Of a stretch of 64,000 nt of DNA, positions 19,862 through 28,664 are shown in pieces. The stretch spans positions 89,228 to 153,227 of the forward strand of contig CALROI020000006.1 of the NCBI GenBank assembly GCA_943369765.1, written 5' to 3'. The position numbers and the translations under genes were made by a program. Position 1 is the first letter of the stretch; every line of letters starts with the position of its first letter. The notes under the pieces were generated by a model. That model did not search any database and was not told the origin of the DNA. It saw only the letters and a list, made by a program, of their open reading frames with translations. This DNA is from Phycisphaera mikurensis NBRC 102666. Its GTDB lineage: Bacteria; Planctomycetota; Phycisphaerae; Phycisphaerales; UBA1924.

Positions 19862-21967
19862 ATGAACCACCTTCGCCCGCTCCGCACTTGGATAATCACG
19901 CCTGTGGTCACCACCGCGTCCCTCGTCAGTCTGGCTGGATGCGGGATCTTCCAAGACCGTCAAGACCGCTTGGCGTCAACCCACCTGGCGGTACTCTCGG
20001 TGGAGAGCTTTGAGTCAGCCCGTCAGAATCTCAGCCCCAACTTCAAATTGAGCGGGGACGATGCCGTCAAGCTCGTCAACCCAACGATCGGCGTCTCGAC
20101 GCGTTCAACACTTGATGCGTTACGGGCCAGCGGTGAACTCTCCCTCGACATCACGCCCGATGCCCTGGGCGTTGGCGAGGACGCCGCCCCAGCACTGCCG
20201 GGCTCGGCTCCGCGTGCCCCCACCTTCACACCCCCGCAGAGCTTCAAGGATGCCTTGGATCAATCCAGCAGCCTTCGCACCAGCCGTATTCTGGAGTACC
20301 AGCTCGCGCAATCGCTCTTTGAGCAGGTGGCCATGCTCAACGCCACGGTGGCCTCTGCCGCGGTTCCCGCCGGCTACGAAGGCCACATCGTTCAACTTCA
20401 ACTCGGTGTCATGCCCCGCATGGAGAAGCTCGAGCGTGACGTGTACGCCGACATCGCATTCTTTGCCGTGTCAAAGAACCTTCCCGCTCAGACCAGCACG
20501 GACTCCCGTCTGGTCCAACAGGCGTCGTTGCTGGGACCCAACGCCGCGAACGCAGATGGGATCTCACGGCGTATTCGCGTTGTGCCGCTCCTCAGCACAG
20601 ACAGCCTCGAATCGGTGGTGAACTCTGCGAGTTTGGACAAACTTCGTGCACTCTCCGGCGGCTTGCGACTTGCGGCCGACCGTGTGTCGGCCGGTGGCTC
20701 GGTCGAGCGCGTCCTTGAGCAAATCGAAGCCTCCCTAGGCAAGCAGTTGTTCAGCTCGTACTCGGTTGCCCGTCTTTCTGAGAACACGCTTCGTGCCCGC
20801 TTCGGCGCGGTGCCCACAGGTTTGGGATCATCCTCGGTTGTCCCCAGGACCCACAAGGTCTCGGTACTCGTCCTGATTCCGAATGATTTGGCACAACAAC
20901 TCCGCGGGTCAGGTACCGACATCGAGCTCCTCGCCTCGGCTAAGACAACGCTCATCAATCCCAAGGACGGAGAAGAATCCGAACCGCTCGATTTCCCCCG
21001 CCTCGTCCAAGAAGGCATGGCGCAGATCGCCCCCTACTTCGCCTTGCCTGGCCAGTCAACGCTGCTGACATCGTCCGACATCGCATCGGTCGTGAAGCTT
21101 GCCGTCGTTGCGCAAGAGAACGACTACCAAGGATTCCTCGATCGGTCCAACCTGCTGATTGCCGAACTCAAGAGACGTGCATCGGTTCCAGCCTGCTCCC
21201 AGCTCGTCGCTGAAGTCACGCCCGAGTCACTGTGGATCGAGGTCATTGGCCTGGTGACCAAAACACAGTATTCGGGGGCACGCTTCACCATTGCCAAGCC
21301 CCCACTGCCGCAGATGACACCCCCGACGCATGTCTTTGCGCTCGATGACGGCAAGTCTTGGACCATCACGCTCTCAGGCATCCTTGCCAGCCGTATCCGA
21401 GCCGAGCAGTGCGCGATGACCGTGCCGGATCTGGCGAACGGGACGTTCTTTCCCGAGCAGGTGCTGGAGGGCAAGGGCGGCGAAGCCAAGCTCGTGTTCC
21501 CTCCGCTTAAGGGTATCGTGACGGCACCCAGCCTCACGGTGACTCTCAACACGGCCGAGTCCGCGTTTATCACCGGCAGACACACAACTACGATGCCGGT
21601 CCAACGCGTCTCCATCAAGGCACCCTCGCCTGACCCGGTCCCGCTGCTCACGACCTCAACCAAGTTCATCAACAAAGCCAACGGCACGGCCGTCGCCGTT
21701 ATCGCCGTGAACTTCGCCTCCTTCGGCGATCGCCGTCTGCCGACATTCACGCTCAAGGGCGCGAACGCCGCGATCACGGGCGTCACCGCCTCGCCCGCGG
21801 ACGGTGCGATTCTCAAGAACGGAACCGCTCTCGTCAGCAAGGATTGCGTGATCACGCTGACCATGACCGGCCTTTCCGACGATCAGGACGTCACCCTCCA
21901 AGCACAAGACGCCGACAACCGACCCCTCGCGGTCGACGGCAAGGAGGTCGCTTTTCGCGTGAGATAA
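19862..21967 (+). CDS. Large hypothetical lipoprotein (701 aa); mirror copy of 32950..35055
   Basis: Identical translation; lipobox SLAGC. Confidence 0.7.
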   Translation: MNHLRPLRTWIITPVVTTASLVSLAGCGIFQDRQDRLASTHLAVLSVESFESARQNLSPNFKLSGDDAVKLVNPTIGVSTRSTLDALRASGELSLDITPDALGVGEDAAPALPGSAPRAPTFTPPQSFKDALDQSSSLRTSRILEYQLAQSLFEQVAMLNATVASAAVPAGYEGHIVQLQLGVMPRMEKLERDVYADIAFFAVSKNLPAQTSTDSRLVQQASLLGPNAANADGISRRIRVVPLLSTDSLESVVNSASLDKLRALSGGLRLAADRVSAGGSVERVLEQIEASLGKQLFSSYSVARLSENTLRARFGAVPTGLGSSSVVPRTHKVSVLVLIPNDLAQQLRGSGTDIELLASAKTTLINPKDGEESEPLDFPRLVQEGMAQIAPYFALPGQSTLLTSSDIASVVKLAVVAQENDYQGFLDRSNLLIAELKRRASVPACSQLVAEVTPESLWIEVIGLVTKTQYSGARFTIAKPPLPQMTPPTHVFALDDGKSWTITLSGILASRIRAEQCAMTVPDLANGTFFPEQVLEGKGGEAKLVFPPLKGIVTAPSLTVTLNTAESAFITGRHTTTMPVQRVSIKAPSPDPVPLLTTSTKFINKANGTAVAVIAVNFASFGDRRLPTFTLKGANAAITGVTASPADGAILKNGTALVSKDCVITLTMTGLSDDQDVTLQAQDADNRPLAVDGKEVAFRVR

Positions 21968-22330
21968 GACGCAGCGACCACCGAGTTACGGCGATGCACC
22001 CTTACGCCATCGCTCTGCGGGTTTGCTCGAGGCGCTTGGAATGATCCGAATCCATCCAGTGGTTTCCGCTGCGTGCGCACAGCTCTGACTTGTGGATTTC
22101 ATTCTGAACGTTGGCATACTCGGTGTGGAGACAGAGTAGGATGCGGAAGTCTTCTCCGGATGCGGCGGGGCCGTCTCAACGAGAACAGGACGGAAGAACC
22201 TCTGCCATCTGACGCGCGATAGTCGCCTTTATCCCCAGTCGCAACACATGCGGCTGATGTGGATGGCTCACTTGCTTTATGCTTGAACACTCTGCCTTCG
22301 TGGCAGCTTACCCCAGATTGAGGACTCTCC

Positions 22331-24364
22331 ATGCGTCTAACTTCACTCACCCTTACGAACTTCCGCTGCTTCGGACCAGCTCCCACGACAATTGTGCTGA
22401 CAGACCTTACCGCGTTTGTCGGGACCAATGCGTGTGGCAAGACTGCTATTCTGCAAGGTTTGCAGAGAGTCTTTGGGATGACCGGCCCCGATCGCGAGCT
22501 CAAGCGAGAGGATTTTCACGTTCCCCGCGGCGCCGCTTCTCCCGGGACCGCTCCGATCCTGCAACGAGCACTCTCCATTGAAGCCATCCTGGAGTTTCCC
22601 GAACTGGCCAAGGAAGAGCCGGACGACGACAGCATCGCAGAGTGCTTTCGGCAGATGGTGGTTACGGAAACCGGTGGCACCCCCTATTGCCGCGTACGTT
22701 TGGAAGGCACGTGGACTGAAAGCAGCCTTCCCGAGGGAACGATCGAGCAGCACACCTATTGGGTCACGTCGGCTGAAGGGGATGAAGAAGCAAAGAGGGA
22801 AATGCGAGCATCTGAACGCTCGCGTGTTCACTTGCACTACGTCCCTGCTTCGCGAGATCCTGCAAGGCACATCCGACAGGTTTCAGGGTCGATCATGGCC
22901 CGACTGTTCAAGGCCGTGAAGTGGTCCAATGAAGTGAAGGGCAGCGTGGCGGCCGCATCGAACGATATCCTCGACGCCTTCACGGCAGAGGGCGCCGTCA
23001 CGTCGATTCAGGGCGCCCTGAGTGCGAACTGGACAACTCTCCACGATGCAGCCGCGTACAGCGGAGTGAAGATCAGACCGATCAGCAATCGCTTCGAGGA
23101 CATTCTTCGGCAGGTGGAGGCGGTGTTTACTCCCTCGCCAGGAGGCGAAGAGGATCCTCTAGATCGGCTGAGCGACGGTCAGCGATCTTTGTTTTACCTC
23201 GCGATGGTTGGTGCCGCGTTCGATATCGAAGAGGCGACGCTCCAAGCCGAGGAGGAGGAGCGAGAATTCGATCTCGACAGGCTCGATCCGCCTTCCCTGA
23301 CGGTCTTCGCCTTCGAGGAGCCGGAGAACCATATCTCGCCTCATTTCCTTGGCCGGATTATGGACGTCCTTCGCAAGCTTGAACGATCACCGCGTGCGCA
23401 GGTGCTGTTAACGAGTCACTCACCGTCGATCATGCACCGCATCGACCCTACGGAAGTACGTCACCTCCGCCTAGATCAAGCCACCCATACGACCAAGGTG
23501 AGGTCCATTTCGCTGCCTGCAACCACCGATGAGGCCTATCCATTCGTCCGGGAGGCCGTTCGCGCATATCCGGAGCTCTATTTTGCACGCCTTGTGATCC
23601 TCGGAGAAGGGGACAGCGAGGAAATCGTGCTGCCACGTCTGGCCGAGGCCGCAGGCATCCCGATCGATCAGAGCTTTATCTCAATCGTGCCGCTGGGCGG
23701 ACGGCACGTGAATCACTTCTGGCGCCTGCTCGCTGGCCTGGACATCCCCCATCTCACTCTCCTGGATTTCGATCGAGAACGCGATGGAGGGGGATGGGGT
23801 CGCATCAAGTACGCGCTGAATCAGCTGCTCGCAGTAAATGTGCCGAGAGACACACTGCTCGTCGTCGCCGCGAAGGAGGGTGACACACGCATACTTTCTC
23901 AAGCTGAGCTGGATGGCATGGAGAAATGGCCCCTTACTTTGTCGACAGACCAATGGCGCAGCACTCTAGAGGCTCACGGTGTTTACTTTTCAGCACCGCT
24001 CGATCTTGATGCCCTGATGCTAGAGTCCTTTCCCGTGGCGTACCGCGTTGTCGATCCAGGGAACTTCGGACCACGAATTCCCAAGCCTGATGCGCCGGAG
24101 CTGGACGCTCGGCGTAAGGAAGCAATCCACGCTGTACTCGGAAGTGGAACCGCCAGTACCTATACGTCTACGGAGGTGGACGGCTTTTTCTGGTATCGCT
24201 ACCTTTTCCTTGGCCGATCAAAGCCGACCTCACACCTACAGGCCATGACACGATTGAGCGCTGCGCAACTCACCGATGGGTGTCCTCCGGTTTTGGCTCG
24301 CCTGATCGACCGAGTGCGTGACACGCTCGCACTTGCCCCTGGAGGCCCCAGCGATGTCACCTAA
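22331..24364 (+). CDS. gajA: OLD-family ATP-dependent endonuclease (ABC ATPase + TOPRIM), GajA-like; mirror copy of 30553..32586
   Basis: Identical translation. Confidence 0.85.
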   Translation: MRLTSLTLTNFRCFGPAPTTIVLTDLTAFVGTNACGKTAILQGLQRVFGMTGPDRELKREDFHVPRGAASPGTAPILQRALSIEAILEFPELAKEEPDDDSIAECFRQMVVTETGGTPYCRVRLEGTWTESSLPEGTIEQHTYWVTSAEGDEEAKREMRASERSRVHLHYVPASRDPARHIRQVSGSIMARLFKAVKWSNEVKGSVAAASNDILDAFTAEGAVTSIQGALSANWTTLHDAAAYSGVKIRPISNRFEDILRQVEAVFTPSPGGEEDPLDRLSDGQRSLFYLAMVGAAFDIEEATLQAEEEEREFDLDRLDPPSLTVFAFEEPENHISPHFLGRIMDVLRKLERSPRAQVLLTSHSPSIMHRIDPTEVRHLRLDQATHTTKVRSISLPATTDEAYPFVREAVRAYPELYFARLVILGEGDSEEIVLPRLAEAAGIPIDQSFISIVPLGGRHVNHFWRLLAGLDIPHLTLLDFDRERDGGGWGRIKYALNQLLAVNVPRDTLLVVAAKEGDTRILSQAELDGMEKWPLTLSTDQWRSTLEAHGVYFSAPLDLDALMLESFPVAYRVVDPGNFGPRIPKPDAPELDARRKEAIHAVLGSGTASTYTSTEVDGFFWYRYLFLGRSKPTSHLQAMTRLSAAQLTDGCPPVLARLIDRVRDTLALAPGGPSDVT

Positions 24365-26252
24365 GGTTCGCCCAGCGGAATGGCGTCCTGTGGGAGTAGA
24401 TGGCCTTGAGCCCGCGGCGGAGGAAGCGGTTCGATCCTCCGGGCATCGGGTGGTCATCGCGGGGCCAGGAGCGGGCAAGACGGAACTACTCGCTCAGCGT
24501 GCGTGTTACCTGCTTCAGACCGGCCTTTGCCCGCGTCCCACACGTATCCTGGCGATCAGTTTCAAACGTGATGCCGCACGGAATCTTCGAGAACGTGTTT
24601 TGCAGCGCTGTGGCTCGGATCTGGCGCAACGGTTTGACTCGTTGACGTTCGACGCCTTTGCCAAAGGGCTCATAGATCGCTTTCGTAATGCCCTGCCAAC
24701 TGCGTGGATGCCCACGGTAGATTACCGCCTCGACTTCAAGTTGAGCAGTTTCAGTGTGCGAGATCGGCTGGCTGAGATTCCAGAATCTGAGGGCGGGCTG
24801 TCTGACCGCGATTTGGCTGGGTTAAATGCCCAGAACATGTACATCGAGGACTTCATCGGCAGACCCTTGCCGAGTGTTCTACCCCCTGCGACAACGCTTC
24901 GTTCACGCGCCGCAGTAGCCTTATGGTCCTATTCGCTTCTCCATGGTGGTCAATCTGCGTTAAATTTTCAGATGATCGGCCGGCTGGCTGAGCTCATGCT
25001 CCGCGCTAATCCGAAGATCCTGCGTGCGCTCCGCGCTACCTACGGCTTCGTCTTCCTTGACGAGTTTCAGGATACCACAGAGATTCAGTACGAACTCACC
25101 AAAACAGCGTTTTTGGGCTCCCAAGCTGTTCTGACCGCTGTAGGTGACAATAAGCAGCGAATCATGGGTTGGGCCGGAGCTATGGAAGACGTGTTCGCCG
25201 AGTTCCGGAGCGATTTTGGTGCAGGTCGCATTTCACTTGTACGAAACTACCGCTCGGCTCCTGAACTGGTTAGAATTTTGGGAGTCTTGACCGCCGAACT
25301 CGATGTCGACGCCGCGGTTCCCGAAGCGATGGATGACGGTAGCACGGGACGGGGTGAGTGCCGTGTTCTCCTGTTTCAAGACCACGATGCAGAGGCTCGG
25401 CATATCGCAGCCCTGATCGCCGAGTGGGTCAATCACGAGGGTGTCGCACCGCGAGACATCTGCATCCTGACACGCAATCGTCCGGCAGACTACACAGAAG
25501 CAGTTCGTACCGCGCTCGCTGAAAAGCACGTTGAAGCCCGTATCGAATCAGAACTGCAAGATCTTCTCTCTGAGCCAGTCTCCACGTTAGTGCTTCATGT
25601 TCTGAGGCTCGCAACAACAGCGAAGGCGCCACAGTCTCGTACGGAACTACTAGATTTCTTGACTGACTCCGACGGAGACGATGCCGATCGCGATACCCGG
25701 TGGCTTGAACGATCCCTTGACAGCTATATCCGAACGCTTCGGGGTACGATCGCGTCGACACCCGTCACACCGGAAAGCGTTGCGGCGATCATGGGAACGA
25801 TCGTGACTTTCTTGAAGCCTGATCGCCTTGGGCATTTTTTCCCGCAGTATTCTCAAGGCACTCTGCTCGACGACACGTTACTGGCGCTTGGCAAGCAGAT
25901 TACCTCATACCTTCACACAAAGAGCTGGCCAACTGCGATTGATGCACTCGAAGGCGTAGGATCTGTGCCCATCATGACGATGCACAAGAGTAAGGGGCTT
26001 GAATACCACAGCGTGATCTTCGTTGGACTGGAAGATTCTGCTTTGTGGTCATTTGCACGAAACCCGGCAGAAGAGACCCGAGGCTTTTTCGTCGCGTTCT
26101 CCAGGGCAAAGAAACGCGTTCTCTTCACCTTTTGCCGCTCTCGACCTAGAACGCCTGGGGCACCTTCGGAATCCCAGCGTCGAACGGCAATCGGTCGCCT
26201 CTACCAGCTCCTAGAGCACGCGGGCATCACGCCCGAGCAGATCACGGCCTAA
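24354..26252 (+). CDS. gajB: UvrD/PcrA/Rep-family SF1 helicase, GajB-like; mirror copy of 28665..30563
   Basis: Identical translation. ATG 24354 is preceded by GGAGG and overlaps the gajA stop by 11 nt. Confidence 0.85.
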   Translation: MSPKVRPAEWRPVGVDGLEPAAEEAVRSSGHRVVIAGPGAGKTELLAQRACYLLQTGLCPRPTRILAISFKRDAARNLRERVLQRCGSDLAQRFDSLTFDAFAKGLIDRFRNALPTAWMPTVDYRLDFKLSSFSVRDRLAEIPESEGGLSDRDLAGLNAQNMYIEDFIGRPLPSVLPPATTLRSRAAVALWSYSLLHGGQSALNFQMIGRLAELMLRANPKILRALRATYGFVFLDEFQDTTEIQYELTKTAFLGSQAVLTAVGDNKQRIMGWAGAMEDVFAEFRSDFGAGRISLVRNYRSAPELVRILGVLTAELDVDAAVPEAMDDGSTGRGECRVLLFQDHDAEARHIAALIAEWVNHEGVAPRDICILTRNRPADYTEAVRTALAEKHVEARIESELQDLLSEPVSTLVLHVLRLATTAKAPQSRTELLDFLTDSDGDDADRDTRWLERSLDSYIRTLRGTIASTPVTPESVAAIMGTIVTFLKPDRLGHFFPQYSQGTLLDDTLLALGKQITSYLHTKSWPTAIDALEGVGSVPIMTMHKSKGLEYHSVIFVGLEDSALWSFARNPAEETRGFFVAFSRAKKRVLFTFCRSRPRTPGAPSESQRRTAIGRLYQLLEHAGITPEQITA

Positions 26253-26285
26253 TCCCTTTTCCAGCCTAAAAGCTGCGGAGGCACT

Positions 26286-26483
26286 TTACCGGCAAAACAG
26301 GGCGACGACCTTCAGAGGCCATCGCCACTTGAATGCGACACTGATGAGGATCAGCACACAGATCACTGTCAGCACACCAAATACCGGACCGGCAATCCAC
26401 CAAAGTGAAATCGGAAACTGGACCGGCGGCATCTTTGGAGCCGGAGGAGAGACCTGAGCCACAACCGCATGCAGGCGCATCAT
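26286..26483 (-). CDS. Possible small single-pass membrane protein (65 aa); mirror copy of 28434..28631
   Basis: Identical translation; hydrophobic stretch only. Confidence 0.3.
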   Translation of the reverse strand: MMRLHAVVAQVSPPAPKMPPVQFPISLWWIAGPVFGVLTVICVLILISVAFKWRWPLKVVALFCR

Positions 26484-26540
26484 GAACTGATGGTATCCGG
26501 CACCAGCAGATCAGGTGAACCGGGTTTGCTGCCTCGCGAC

Positions 26541-27443
26541 TCAGGTACCGGTGGTGCTGCGTCTGAGGTCGAGATTGCGAGGGAAATGCACCCGCCAAGT
26601 GGGGCAGTACTCGGTGTCCGCCATCGCATAGTCCAAGTAGAAATCCATCACAATCGGGCGCTCGCGAAACGGTGCTAGGGCTGCTACGTCAAAGTACCTG
26701 GTGCGCTCCAGGTAGAAGCCGATGGCCTGTTCGTAGGGGTATACGTAGGCCAGGGTCTTGAGCATGGCTGCCAGCTCTCCTACTGCGATCCGCGGAGCCG
26801 CCTTGCGAAAGGCGCTCAAAATGGCCGCGTGCCCGCCCGCGTAAGCCGGCCTGACACACGCGTCAATCAGGCTTCGCTCCAAGCCGGTCACGGGGATTGG
26901 CCTGCCGGCGTCGTCTCGAAGCTCGATTACGCCCAACCGGCCGGTGTGCTTGCCGTTTAGCATCACGAGGTTCCGCCTTCCCAGTTTGGCCACATTCGTG
27001 GTGAGCCGTTGTGGGCGACGAAACGCGATGTCGATGCTCTGCTGGGTGGGCGGGTCTGTTGCCGGCTTTAAGGGTCGCTGCTCCTGGTTCGCGTAGAGCA
27101 CTTTCTGGGACGATTTGGTCAAACCGTGTAGGTACAGCGCGCTGCCGTGGCTGATGTACGCACCAGGCTTTGCGTTGACCGCAAGGACATAAGGTGACAC
27201 CCGCCCCCAGCTGTAGAGGGTCTCTGGACGGTAAGAAAATTGGAGCTTCACACAGCGAAGTTCTGATCTCGCGACCAGAAAATCGATGAAGCCCATAAGA
27301 CCCAAGCCGGAGGGAACCCAGCTCAACCGCTTGTTGTGGAACAGATCTGACAGGTCTTTTTGACGAAAGACCTTCGTCGGCCGGGCTTCGAACCACGTGA
27401 TGATCGCAGGAAGAGCGTGGGCAAGTCGGTTGATCTGAGGCAT
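26541..27443 (-). CDS. AbiEi-family antitoxin-like / COG5340-like transcriptional regulator; mirror copy of 27474..28376
   Basis: Identical translation. The start codon lies 15 bp from the palindrome centre. Confidence 0.6.
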   Translation of the reverse strand: MPQINRLAHALPAIITWFEARPTKVFRQKDLSDLFHNKRLSWVPSGLGLMGFIDFLVARSELRCVKLQFSYRPETLYSWGRVSPYVLAVNAKPGAYISHGSALYLHGLTKSSQKVLYANQEQRPLKPATDPPTQQSIDIAFRRPQRLTTNVAKLGRRNLVMLNGKHTGRLGVIELRDDAGRPIPVTGLERSLIDACVRPAYAGGHAAILSAFRKAAPRIAVGELAAMLKTLAYVYPYEQAIGFYLERTRYFDVAALAPFRERPIVMDFYLDYAMADTEYCPTWRVHFPRNLDLRRSTTGT

Positions 27444-27473
27444 GGGAAGCGCAGTATATATACTGCGCTTCCC

Positions 27474-28376
27474 ATGCCTCAGATCAACCGACTTGCCCAC
27501 GCTCTTCCTGCGATCATCACGTGGTTCGAAGCCCGGCCGACGAAGGTCTTTCGTCAAAAAGACCTGTCAGATCTGTTCCACAACAAGCGGTTGAGCTGGG
27601 TTCCCTCCGGCTTGGGTCTTATGGGCTTCATCGATTTTCTGGTCGCGAGATCAGAACTTCGCTGTGTGAAGCTCCAATTTTCTTACCGTCCAGAGACCCT
27701 CTACAGCTGGGGGCGGGTGTCACCTTATGTCCTTGCGGTCAACGCAAAGCCTGGTGCGTACATCAGCCACGGCAGCGCGCTGTACCTACACGGTTTGACC
27801 AAATCGTCCCAGAAAGTGCTCTACGCGAACCAGGAGCAGCGACCCTTAAAGCCGGCAACAGACCCGCCCACCCAGCAGAGCATCGACATCGCGTTTCGTC
27901 GCCCACAACGGCTCACCACGAATGTGGCCAAACTGGGAAGGCGGAACCTCGTGATGCTAAACGGCAAGCACACCGGCCGGTTGGGCGTAATCGAGCTTCG
28001 AGACGACGCCGGCAGGCCAATCCCCGTGACCGGCTTGGAGCGAAGCCTGATTGACGCGTGTGTCAGGCCGGCTTACGCGGGCGGGCACGCGGCCATTTTG
28101 AGCGCCTTTCGCAAGGCGGCTCCGCGGATCGCAGTAGGAGAGCTGGCAGCCATGCTCAAGACCCTGGCCTACGTATACCCCTACGAACAGGCCATCGGCT
28201 TCTACCTGGAGCGCACCAGGTACTTTGACGTAGCAGCCCTAGCACCGTTTCGCGAGCGCCCGATTGTGATGGATTTCTACTTGGACTATGCGATGGCGGA
28301 CACCGAGTACTGCCCCACTTGGCGGGTGCATTTCCCTCGCAATCTCGACCTCAGACGCAGCACCACCGGTACCTGA
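27474..28376 (+). CDS. AbiEi-family antitoxin-like / COG5340-like transcriptional regulator (300 aa), without an adjacent AbiEii toxin gene
   Basis: ORF with the start taken at ATG 27474 (MPQINRLAHALP...). The 38 upstream codons of the 338-aa ORF are read-through into the mirror copy. Motifs resemble AbiEi: N-terminal wHTH-like region, AYISHGSALYLHGLT, GLERSLIDACVRPAYAGG. Called from memory of the family, not from a search. Confidence 0.6.
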   Translation: MPQINRLAHALPAIITWFEARPTKVFRQKDLSDLFHNKRLSWVPSGLGLMGFIDFLVARSELRCVKLQFSYRPETLYSWGRVSPYVLAVNAKPGAYISHGSALYLHGLTKSSQKVLYANQEQRPLKPATDPPTQQSIDIAFRRPQRLTTNVAKLGRRNLVMLNGKHTGRLGVIELRDDAGRPIPVTGLERSLIDACVRPAYAGGHAAILSAFRKAAPRIAVGELAAMLKTLAYVYPYEQAIGFYLERTRYFDVAALAPFRERPIVMDFYLDYAMADTEYCPTWRVHFPRNLDLRRSTTGT

Positions 28377-28433
28377 GTCGCGAGGCAGCAAACCCGGTTC
28401 ACCTGATCTGCTGGTGCCGGATACCATCAGTTC

Positions 28434-28631
28434 ATGATGCGCCTGCATGCGGTTGTGGCTCAGGTCTCTCCTCCGGCTCCAAAGATGCCGCCGGTCCAGT
28501 TTCCGATTTCACTTTGGTGGATTGCCGGTCCGGTATTTGGTGTGCTGACAGTGATCTGTGTGCTGATCCTCATCAGTGTCGCATTCAAGTGGCGATGGCC
28601 TCTGAAGGTCGTCGCCCTGTTTTGCCGGTAA
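28434..28631 (+). CDS. Possible small single-pass membrane protein (65 aa)
   Basis: Hydrophobic segment ISLWWIAGPVFGVLTVICVLILISVAF followed by basic residues. No clear RBS and no recognised family. Confidence 0.3.
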   Translation: MMRLHAVVAQVSPPAPKMPPVQFPISLWWIAGPVFGVLTVICVLILISVAFKWRWPLKVVALFCR

Positions 28632-28664
28632 AGTGCCTCCGCAGCTTTTAGGCTGGAAAAGGGA

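Larger units (their letters stand above)
1..27458. repeat. Left arm of a giant zero-spacer inverted repeat (palindrome); reverse complement of 27459..54916
   Basis: Coordinates obey x -> 54917-x. Bases 1-76 are the exact reverse complement of 54841-54916. About 200 nt within 9621..9825 matches the reverse complement of about 45095..45296. Every six-frame ORF in this arm has a mirror ORF with identical translation on the other strand (e.g. 160..474(-) = 54443..54757(+); 22331..24364(+) = 30553..32586(-)). The arm is cut by the window edge, so its length is at least 27458 bp. Confidence 0.97.

Noticed and set aside
26541-28376. Two overlapping 338-aa ORFs (26541..27557 minus, 27360..28376 plus) that cross the palindrome centre
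   Set aside because: Their first 38 codons are simply each gene reading into the reverse-complemented copy of itself. The plausible native start is the Met 15 bp from the apex (27474, mirror 27443), giving a 300-aa protein.
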